From Promethearchaeota archaeon (GTDB lineage Archaea > Asgardarchaeota > Lokiarchaeia > Sigyniarchaeales > SOKP01): DNA of 62,683 bases. Shown here piece after piece: positions 18,476 to 26,253 of this stretch. Location of the stretch: the NCBI GenBank assembly GCA_048939995.1, contig JBHLOY010000005.1:155853-218535 (forward strand). The letters run 5' to 3'. The notes beneath the pieces are model-generated. The model was not told the DNA's origin. It saw only the letters and a program-made list of their open reading frames with translations, and made no database searches. Each line of letters opens with the position of its first letter. The stretch's first letter is position 1. A program made the position numbers and the translations under genes.

Positions 18476-19600
18476 CTATGCCGTTGCTTTACAAAGTAAC
18501 CACAAATCAGGAATTTCTAACAATACATTTCCATCTAAAGGAGTCTTTAATTCAGGAACATTAATTTCATAAGCAATACCATTAGTTTCATAATTAAATA
18601 CTTCGGGATCAATTGGTATTGAAGGATCAATAGGACGAAAGCCATAAGCCATTGCAGATTCAACAGTTTTAGTTTGATTAAGAAAGTCAAGAAAAGCATC
18701 TGCTACAACTCTTTGTTCTGGGGTAATCCAATCAGCATTTAATATGCAAAAAGGGTGATCACTATATAGGGTCCCTTCCTCGGGGTATATTGCAATAACT
18801 TTACCTCCAACTGAAGTACTGGAAATATCTCTTATTAAATTTTCATAGAGAAAAACAATGTTTAATGCATTTGGTCCTCCCTCCTTCATATATCGTGATA
18901 AAAAACCTGTTGACTTTCCAAACATAACCGCACTTGATTCAAATTCTCTTAACCATTGTTGGTTACCATAATTTGTGAGTTCATTCATCGTCAGATTTTC
19001 TGAGGTTATGCCAGATGCCGCAGAAATAGCCATTATCACACTCATAAAACCTGAATTTGATAAGCGAGGATCAGTATGTGCCATTTTAACATTCACATTA
19101 GGATCCAAATTAAGATTCCGCACATCAGAAAAGCTCTTGATATTATAAGTTGCATTAAAGGCTTCCCAAGTGGCAATAACTACGGGTGAATAAATCAATT
19201 TGACCGCTTCACTAATCTCCACAATTGGAATTACACTTCCAGTGTATTCTGCCCATTTTGTATTTAGAAATGTCATCCATATTGAACTTGCGGGGCTCCA
19301 TATTGTAGGAAATATCTCTCCATTAAGAATACTAATAATAGAATCTGATGATCCATAAGGATGCATATCTATTCTTATCTCTTCCCCTGGATGAGTAGTT
19401 CTCCACTCATTCATGAAATCGGTATAAGCCATTGTCATCCAACTTGCTTTTTCAGAACTATAAATTATAGTGATACGAACTTCGTTTCCAGTACCAATAG
19501 TCACAATATTCGTAAAGATAAACCCTATAATAAACCCTAAAATAAACAGTAGGCTAAATTTAACTTTATCATTTTTCCTTAATTTACGTTTACTTTTCAT
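18476..19600 (-). CDS. Membrane-anchored extracellular solute-binding protein (vWA-associated SBP-like, no vWA domain)
   Basis: N-terminal TM; SSEK, WSPASS.W, SPVVIA, HTDP..SNSG, YPEEGT..DHP, YGFRP motifs. Confidence 0.75.
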   Translation of the reverse strand: MKSKRKLRKNDKVKFSLLFILGFIIGFIFTNIVTIGTGNEVRITIIYSSEKASWMTMAYTDFMNEWRTTHPGEEIRIDMHPYGSSDSIISILNGEIFPTIWSPASSIWMTFLNTKWAEYTGSVIPIVEISEAVKLIYSPVVIATWEAFNATYNIKSFSDVRNLNLDPNVNVKMAHTDPRLSNSGFMSVIMAISAASGITSENLTMNELTNYGNQQWLREFESSAVMFGKSTGFLSRYMKEGGPNALNIVFLYENLIRDISSTSVGGKVIAIYPEEGTLYSDHPFCILNADWITPEQRVVADAFLDFLNQTKTVESAMAYGFRPIDPSIPIDPEVFNYETNGIAYEINVPELKTPLDGNVLLEIPDLWLLCKATA

Positions 19601-19612
19601 AACTTAGAATTT

Positions 19613-19711
19613 CTATATAAATGACTTGATATAATAATCAATAAGAGTAAATAATACCCCTCCAAAAATGCCTATAAGAAGAATCAAGAGATATAAAATT
19701 TTTCTATTCAA
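19613..19711 (-). CDS. Unannotated 32-aa single-TM peptide heading the ABC operon
   Basis: TTG start with AAGGAG SD; MNRKILYLLILLIGIFGGVLFTLIDYYIKSFI; stop 12 bp before the SBP start. Confidence 0.6.
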   Translation of the reverse strand: MNRKILYLLILLIGIFGGVLFTLIDYYIKSFI

Positions 19712-19749
19712 AGAAAAGCTCTCCTTAATAATTTACTTCTAATATTTTC

Positions 19750-19826
19750 TATATATTTAAATAAAAATGAGTAGATTCAATAAACATTCTTATATATTTT
19801 ATATATTTTATATAGTGCTATATAGG
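19750..19826. promoter_or_regulatory. Clustered TATATA repeats in the divergent promoter region
   Basis: TATATATTT-TATATATTT-TATATAGTGC-TATATAGG with 9-10 bp periodicity, plus a copy near 19750. Confidence 0.35.
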
Positions 19827-20022
19827 GTATCAAAACTGGAAAACATTAAAGCTAGGTTATCTAAAGAGAATTTGAAAAATTTAGGTTCCTTGTTCTATTG
19901 TCCAATTAATAATGGATACAAAATATTAACTTATTAATCAAATTTATATGTAAATATATTGTTCTTAAATTAGAAGCAAATTTTTATGATTTAATCCTTG
20001 AGTATTCTATAAAAAATCTAAT

Positions 20023-20697
20023 ATGATTAATATGAATGAAGAAATCGATAATAAAAAGCTTGGAAAAATGAGTATTGATGAATTAACTCATCTTTTTATG
20101 GATACTATACACGAACAGACTTTGAAATTAATTCAAGGAATTGAAAATCTTGTTGATGAAAATTTTGATCAATTCAAAACCAATTTAACTTACGTGATAA
20201 AAACAAATACTGAAGTTTCAATTAAAAAAAAATTTGAATCTAAGATATTTAAATCAAAATTGATGTTTTCAAAAGCAGATCGATTAAAATTATTCAATAA
20301 GATTAACGACATAAAAAATATTGGTGAATTCTTAGCCAACAAATTACTTCTTTATAAGGTTGTTTTTCCTGATGAAGAATTTAAACTTCAAATACAAAAT
20401 ATTCTCAAATCGTTAAGGATAATATCAAATCACATATCAGAAGCAGTTAAATTAATCGGTACTGATTTAAGTAAAGCTCATACTATATGTGAAGATATCA
20501 AAGAAGAGAGACGAACAATGAGAAAAGCAGAATGGCGATTGCTAAATAAACTCTACAACTATGATATGGATTATCTATCAAGAACTTTTCTATATTTGAA
20601 AGAGTTAATTGAAGATATTATGATGTTGGCCGATCACATCAAAAGCTTTTCAGAATACATTCAATTTCTGGCAACAAAATACTTAATTTTTGAATAA
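20023..20697 (+). CDS. Divergent DUF47/PhoU-like protein
   Basis: All-helical; FSKADRLKLFNKINDI and YLKELIEDIMMLADHI match DUF47 halves; first E-x3-D motif eroded. Confidence 0.65.
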   Translation: MINMNEEIDNKKLGKMSIDELTHLFMDTIHEQTLKLIQGIENLVDENFDQFKTNLTYVIKTNTEVSIKKKFESKIFKSKLMFSKADRLKLFNKINDIKNIGEFLANKLLLYKVVFPDEEFKLQIQNILKSLRIISNHISEAVKLIGTDLSKAHTICEDIKEERRTMRKAEWRLLNKLYNYDMDYLSRTFLYLKELIEDIMMLADHIKSFSEYIQFLATKYLIFE

Positions 20698-20715
20698 AAA
20701 CTAAAATGGTTTAGT

Positions 20716-21747
20716 ATGGCTGACAATTTTTCTTTAGTTCTAATTATTATTCTTATTATGTTAGCAGTCGGCTTAGCATTCTCAATCGGAGCAAATGATG
20801 AAACACTTTCAACTTTAGTCGGTGCGGGGGTTATTAAATTTAAATTAGCATTAATAATAGGTGGAGCAGCTATTGGTGGAGGAATGGTTGCATTTAGTTC
20901 TGGATTCGTGGCAAAAACTGTTGGTGCTGATATTTTAGGGGAAGGGATTACTTATACAACATACATGTTGTTAACTGTTATTATAAGCAGTATCATCTGG
21001 TTAGTAGTTGGAAGCTTTGCAGGGATTCCCTTAAGTAGTACACATTCCTTAATAGGGAGTGTAGTAGGAGTCTTAATTGTATACTCAATTTTTCAAGGCG
21101 GGGTTAATCCAGAAACAGCCTTGAACTGGGAAAAATTAGGAAACGTCGTGCTTAGTTGGGTTTTTTCACCATTATTCGGACTTCTAATTACTTATGGATT
21201 ATTTAAAATTTTAGCCAAGACTTATTTGTCCAGGTTAAAAGGGTTAAATCAGATTGAAAAATCAGAAAGATACTTTAAATGGCTTTTGTTATTAAGTGTA
21301 ATATTTGCCGAGATTTGGGTTGGAGCTAATTCAGGGGAAGCTTTAGGGATTCTTTATGGCCTTTTAAATAATGGTTCACTGAACATAGGAGAGTACTACC
21401 TCTTTGCGATAATATGTGGAATATTTTCTTTATTAGGAATATATTTTGCTGCTCGTTATGTTATAAGAAACTTAGCATCTCAAATGACTGATGCTCGTCC
21501 AAGCGAAGGATTGATTACTCAAATAAGCTCTGCAATAATTCTCATGATAGCCACTTTCTTTGGTTTACCTATTTCACATAGTCATGTAATTGTATTTTGT
21601 ATAATTGGAATGAGTTTAGCACAGAAAAAGGAAATCGATTATAAAGCTTTGGGTAAAATGGGTATATACTGGTTTCTAACTTTTCCAATCGCAGCACTCA
21701 TGTCTGGTTTACTTTATTATGGTTTAATCCTTTTTGGTTTATTCTGA
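20716..21747 (+). CDS. Inorganic phosphate transporter (PiT/PHO4 family)
   Basis: GAND, GIPLSSTHSLIG, W..SP, GLPISHSH; second signature reads GANS. Confidence 0.85.
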   Translation: MADNFSLVLIIILIMLAVGLAFSIGANDETLSTLVGAGVIKFKLALIIGGAAIGGGMVAFSSGFVAKTVGADILGEGITYTTYMLLTVIISSIIWLVVGSFAGIPLSSTHSLIGSVVGVLIVYSIFQGGVNPETALNWEKLGNVVLSWVFSPLFGLLITYGLFKILAKTYLSRLKGLNQIEKSERYFKWLLLLSVIFAEIWVGANSGEALGILYGLLNNGSLNIGEYYLFAIICGIFSLLGIYFAARYVIRNLASQMTDARPSEGLITQISSAIILMIATFFGLPISHSHVIVFCIIGMSLAQKKEIDYKALGKMGIYWFLTFPIAALMSGLLYYGLILFGLF

Positions 21748-21810
21748 TAAAATATTTAAGATTTATAGTAATTTATAGTAAATTAAGTAGAAAAAAGTGG
21801 TTGATAAAAA

Positions 21811-22494
21811 ATGGGATCATTAATAGAATATTTGAAACGAGAAACTGCATTAAATGTATTAGAAAAATCAATTAAACATGCTCAAATCGTTCAAAAATGT
21901 ATTAGGGAATTAGATAATGGATTAAATAGTTTACTTACTGAAAAAAACGATGCAAAAACTGTTGAAGCTTTCGATAAGGTTGAATCTTTAGAAGGAGATG
22001 CTGATGACTTGAGAAGGGAGATTCAAAGAGATATATCTAGAGGGGAATTAAATCCTAGCGTAAGACAAAATTTATCTCACTTAATTAAACGAATGGATGA
22101 TGTTGCAAATTGTTGTACTGGAGTCGCTCGTAGAATAACTACGATTCCAATGATATTTTGGGCTCAATCAAACCCTGAAACTATAAGTTTAGTCTTAGAG
22201 ATGATGAAAGCTACTGTTGAATGTAGTGAGTTTTTAGATAAAATAGTTATTGATTTGTTGGAAGAGAGAAAAAACGTAAAAGAATATGCAAAAAAAATTA
22301 ATTTCCATGAACATACTGTGGATATATTGAATATTAAATTAAGAAAAAGCCTGCAAGAAACTCACTATGATGTGAATTTTTTTACTGCATTTACAGCAGG
22401 TAACGTTTTTGATATTCTAGAAGCAATTTCTGATTCAATTGAGGGTGTAGCAGATTATATCATGGTTTTATTAACTAGTGCAGAAAGAATTTAA
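21811..22494 (+). CDS. DUF47 / PhoU-like phosphate transport regulator
   Basis: LEGDADDLRR..MDDVAN..HEHTVD..EAISDSIEGVADY. Confidence 0.85.
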   Translation: MGSLIEYLKRETALNVLEKSIKHAQIVQKCIRELDNGLNSLLTEKNDAKTVEAFDKVESLEGDADDLRREIQRDISRGELNPSVRQNLSHLIKRMDDVANCCTGVARRITTIPMIFWAQSNPETISLVLEMMKATVECSEFLDKIVIDLLEERKNVKEYAKKINFHEHTVDILNIKLRKSLQETHYDVNFFTAFTAGNVFDILEAISDSIEGVADYIMVLLTSAERI

Positions 22495-22510
22495 GAACAT
22501 TTAAAACTTT

Positions 22511-23056
22511 CTAAGAGGCGGATCTTTTAATCACTTTTACTAAGCCTTTTTTCCGTAGCTCTTCCATCATTTTTTCGATCATTTCTATAGATTTCTGAGA
22601 TATTTGGGCAACTTGTTCTAATGTGTTCATGCCATCACAAACTTTTAATACTTTATACTGATCCATAGAAAGCATTCCCAATTGAACACTTAGGGGTGAT
22701 ACCTCCTTAACAATTACAGGAATTCTCACCTCTCCGCCTGCTTCTAGAGTTTCGGCTCCTACTTCCGCCATGCTCGGGGAATCTCCGAAGAATGCGTGAG
22801 CTCCAGTTAAATCAAAGTTATCATTTATATAAACGTATATAGTGTGTTCTCTTACAGAAATGTCGTCAGGATCGTTTGGATCAGGATAAGGATTTCTATG
22901 TTTGTATTCTTTTGTGTAGATTCCCATTTTAAGGCCATCAGTAATTTCTTTTTTATCAATTCTTAAAGCTACCATATCTTCGCAGATATCGCACCAAGCA
23001 TAAGCCTCGATGAGGCTGAAATACTTTCTAACTTTATTCTCTGGTATCGAAATCAC
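22511..23056 (-). CDS. Hypothetical protein with CxxC/His N-domain and C-terminal winged helix
   Basis: WCDIC..H..HT; CDGMNTLEQVA..EELRKKGLV wHTH. Confidence 0.65.
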   Translation of the reverse strand: MISIPENKVRKYFSLIEAYAWCDICEDMVALRIDKKEITDGLKMGIYTKEYKHRNPYPDPNDPDDISVREHTIYVYINDNFDLTGAHAFFGDSPSMAEVGAETLEAGGEVRIPVIVKEVSPLSVQLGMLSMDQYKVLKVCDGMNTLEQVAQISQKSIEMIEKMMEELRKKGLVKVIKRSAS

Positions 23057-23287
23057 ACCTTTCTTATAATTTAAAGTAATTCCATAATAAGATCAGATAA
23101 TATATACAAATTATGTTGTTTATCAATTTAAAATTTAATAAAGTTATATTATTTCGAATCTATTCTTTTAAGATTTAATCTTTCCTTTATTTCGATTGAA
23201 TTTAAAATTAACCATTCATAACCGAAAATAATTAAAGCTATTGCTTATTTTGTAATCTATTATAGATTACGTGGTTTATAAATAGCT

Positions 23288-23464
23288 ATGTCAAGTTTTA
23301 AAAAGAATATGTGCTTTTCATGCGGTCGTCCTATTGCTCCGTATGAAGCAGCAGTACATTTTCCATGCCCTCAATGTGGAGATGTGACTATATGGCGATG
23401 TGAACGTTGTAGAACGATGGGAAACACATATAGATGCCTTAAATGTGAATTCCAAGGTCCGTAG
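23288..23464 (+). CDS. Zn-ribbon protein (DUF1610/HVO_2753 family), missed by the ORF track
   Basis: MSSFKKNMCFSCG..FPCPQCG..IWRCERCR..YRCLKCEFQGP; four CxxC; conserved position upstream of aEF-1beta. Confidence 0.9.
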   Translation: MSSFKKNMCFSCGRPIAPYEAAVHFPCPQCGDVTIWRCERCRTMGNTYRCLKCEFQGP

Positions 23465-23490
23465 ACTTTATATATTGATAATTTTAAAAA

Positions 23491-23766
23491 ATGATCAAAA
23501 TGGGAGAATTTGTAGCTTTAATCGATGTGATACCAGAAGATACAGACGTTGATTTTGAGAAATTTGTTAGTGAACTAAAGAGGGTTCTTCCACAGACTTG
23601 TTCTATTGAGCACTATGAAATAATGCCTGTAGCTTTTGGTCTTAAAAAGGTGAGAGTTCGTCTCAGATATCCTGAAGAATGGGGTGGTACGGATAAAGTT
23701 GAAGCATTATTAGGAAAAGTAGATGGAATCCAAGGAATTGAAGGTATTGCCTTTTCAAAAGCATAG
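23491..23766 (+). CDS. ef1b: Translation elongation factor 1-beta
   Basis: PEDTDVD..PVAFGLK..GGTDKVE. Confidence 0.9.
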   Translation: MIKMGEFVALIDVIPEDTDVDFEKFVSELKRVLPQTCSIEHYEIMPVAFGLKKVRVRLRYPEEWGGTDKVEALLGKVDGIQGIEGIAFSKA

Positions 23767-23789
23767 ATAGTTAAGCTTTATTATTTAAA

Positions 23790-24338
23790 TTAGAATAACT
23801 TTAAAAATTTCTTTATCTCGTCTAATTCTGGTCTTAAATTTTTAAGATTATTCTTTTTAGGGAATCTAGATTCATTACATTCCGAATTTAGAATATTATA
23901 ATGAGCCCACAGCTTTACATCTTTATTAATTAATTCCTGGATTAAAGGGATTGAATTAAAGTAGGAGTTATCACTGTAATTTTTTCTAAAAGCTTCTAAA
24001 ATTTCATGTGCTTGTTTGATTTGATCCGTATTGATTAATTTTTCATATATCTTCTTAATTGACATGGCATGTTTTTCAATTTCAGATATCACATAATCTT
24101 TATGAACTTTTTCTGCTATAGCATTTAGGAATTGCTGTTGTTCCTTTATATAAGAATCTACTCCTCCTCTTATTGCTAATTTTATAATCTCTTCTGCATA
24201 ATTAAACGCTTTTTCATAATCTCCTACCATTGCTGCATTTTTTGCCAAGATCTCTAGATCTTGAATTTTTGAAATGGTTTTATATTTACTCCCTTTAATA
24301 TGCTTAAATTCTTCGATTTCATTTGGTTTATTAGTCAT
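23790..24338 (-). CDS. Hypothetical helical-repeat (TPR-like) protein
   Basis: AKNAAMVGDYEKAFNYAEEII-type helices. Confidence 0.6.
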   Translation of the reverse strand: MTNKPNEIEEFKHIKGSKYKTISKIQDLEILAKNAAMVGDYEKAFNYAEEIIKLAIRGGVDSYIKEQQQFLNAIAEKVHKDYVISEIEKHAMSIKKIYEKLINTDQIKQAHEILEAFRKNYSDNSYFNSIPLIQELINKDVKLWAHYNILNSECNESRFPKKNNLKNLRPELDEIKKFLKLF

Positions 24339-24448
24339 ATTATGTTAGTCTCCCATAAATCTGAAAACATCGAAGCTACATCTATCTAATAATAATTAGA
24401 ATATTTATAATTTGATTTTTAAATGAAGATTATATAAGGAGAATGTGA

Positions 24449-26251
24449 TTACACTACTCTTTTGAATAACTTATCCAACTCTTTAAAAGATATAAATTTC
24501 AACGTTGGTCTTCCATGAGCACAATGAAAAGGGTCTTTGCAATGAGCTAAATCATTGATAAGTTTTCTGATATTGTGAATAGATAACTCATCTCCCCCAC
24601 GTATACTTTTATGGCAAGCTAAGTAATTAATAATTTGTTCTTTGATCTCAGAAAAAGTCTTATCTTTACCGATTTCTGTTATGTCACTAATTATTTCTTT
24701 TATTACGCCTAAAGCTGGTAATCTATAAAAAATAAAAGGAATTTCTCTTAGAATGAAAGTATTACCCCTAAAATGCTCAAATTTAAACCCTAATTTTGTT
24801 ATTTCATCTAAATTTGATAATAGAAAGAATTTTTCGCTTGGAGCCACCTCTATTTTCAAAGGAGCTACAAGTTTTTGAATTTTTGTTTTTGTTTGTTCAT
24901 AAAATTCGAGGAAAAATTCTTTACTTATTCGTTCGGATGCAGCATGTTGATCTAAAATATAGATACCCGGTTCTCCCTGTTCATTAAATCCTTCAAGTAG
25001 AATATAAATTTTATTACTTAATTGTCCGGTTTTAGAAATCAGTCGAATCTTGGGAAAATTTTTAGCCGCAATAAATCTTTTTCTGGTAAGTGTTTCAGCG
25101 GCATTACCTTCAATTTGATCAAATAAATCCAATTGAATAGATTTCTGTGCTTGTTCTTCTTGTTGATCATCAATATCTGAGTCAACATCTATGTTTGTTT
25201 TTCCTTCATCAATAATAAATTTACTAATTTCAGTTTTTAGGTACTTATCTTGTTTTCTGATGAATTTTTCCTCTACAAAATCTCGAATTACATTATAGAC
25301 CTTGTTATAAATAAAATCTTCATCTTCAAATCTAATATACAGCTTTTTTGGATGAATATTAAAATCCACATTAGCAGGATTTAATTTCAAATTTAGAATG
25401 AAGAAAGGATATTTTCCCACCATCAAAATATCTTTATAAGCTTCTTGGATTGCCCTGAATAATAAGTCACTAATAATATAACGATTATTTATATACAAAC
25501 TTGAATGGGTTCTGCTTTTATTAGCGAGATCGCTATGCCCAAGTAGACCTTGCAATTCAAATTCATTTTCGATGAAATTAATTTGTTCCATACGTTCTGC
25601 AACGCCTTTACCATAAATATGAAATATAGTAGTTTTCAAATCATTTGTTGCTGGACAATTAAGGATGGTTAAGTCATTATGAATATATATGAAATGGAGT
25701 TGAGGAAATGCTAATGAATATCTTTGTACTATATCTGTTATATGACCAAGTTCAGTTGTATCTTTCTTTAAAAACTTTTTTCTTACAGGCACGTTATAGA
25801 ATAGATTCTTTATCTTAATATCCGTACCAATAGGACAAGATATTTGGTTCATTTGATTGATTTTTCCACCATTAATAGTTAATCGATATCCTAAGTCATT
25901 CTCTTTAATTCTAGATACTATTTCGACTTGACTAACAGTAGCTATACTTGCTAAAGCTTCTCCCCTAAACCCTAAAGAATGTAATGTATCTAAATCTTCT
26001 ATTCTTCTTATTTTGCTACTCGTATGTCTATCAAATGCAACTTCAAGTTCCTCTGGAGGTATTCCTATTCCATCATCAATAACATGTATTAAAGTTTTAC
26101 CTGCTTTTTTTATAATAATCCTTATTTCATTAGCTCCAGCATCAATGCTGTTTTCGATTAACTCCTTTACTACATTTGCAGGTCTTTCTACAACCTCCCC
26201 TGCGGCAATTTTTTCAGCGTCTATTATTTTTTGAATCTTTTGTCGTATCAT
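24449..26251 (-). CDS. mutL: DNA mismatch repair endonuclease MutL
   Basis: IAAGEVVERPA, ENSIDA, GFRGEAL, DQHAASE, ACH, CAHGRP. Confidence 0.97.
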   Translation of the reverse strand: MIRQKIQKIIDAEKIAAGEVVERPANVVKELIENSIDAGANEIRIIIKKAGKTLIHVIDDGIGIPPEELEVAFDRHTSSKIRRIEDLDTLHSLGFRGEALASIATVSQVEIVSRIKENDLGYRLTINGGKINQMNQISCPIGTDIKIKNLFYNVPVRKKFLKKDTTELGHITDIVQRYSLAFPQLHFIYIHNDLTILNCPATNDLKTTIFHIYGKGVAERMEQINFIENEFELQGLLGHSDLANKSRTHSSLYINNRYIISDLLFRAIQEAYKDILMVGKYPFFILNLKLNPANVDFNIHPKKLYIRFEDEDFIYNKVYNVIRDFVEEKFIRKQDKYLKTEISKFIIDEGKTNIDVDSDIDDQQEEQAQKSIQLDLFDQIEGNAAETLTRKRFIAAKNFPKIRLISKTGQLSNKIYILLEGFNEQGEPGIYILDQHAASERISKEFFLEFYEQTKTKIQKLVAPLKIEVAPSEKFFLLSNLDEITKLGFKFEHFRGNTFILREIPFIFYRLPALGVIKEIISDITEIGKDKTFSEIKEQIINYLACHKSIRGGDELSIHNIRKLINDLAHCKDPFHCAHGRPTLKFISFKELDKLFKRVV

Positions 26252-26253
26252 TC

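Noticed and set aside
13693-19600. Calling the ABC operon pstSCAB-phoU, modABC or potABCD
   Set aside because: The SBP lacks recognisable PstS/ModA motifs, the ATPases are not PstB-like, and the substrate cannot be fixed from sequence alone.
21761-21780. ATTTATAGTA x2 between pit and DUF47
   Set aside because: A 10-bp AT-rich duplication, plausible by chance.
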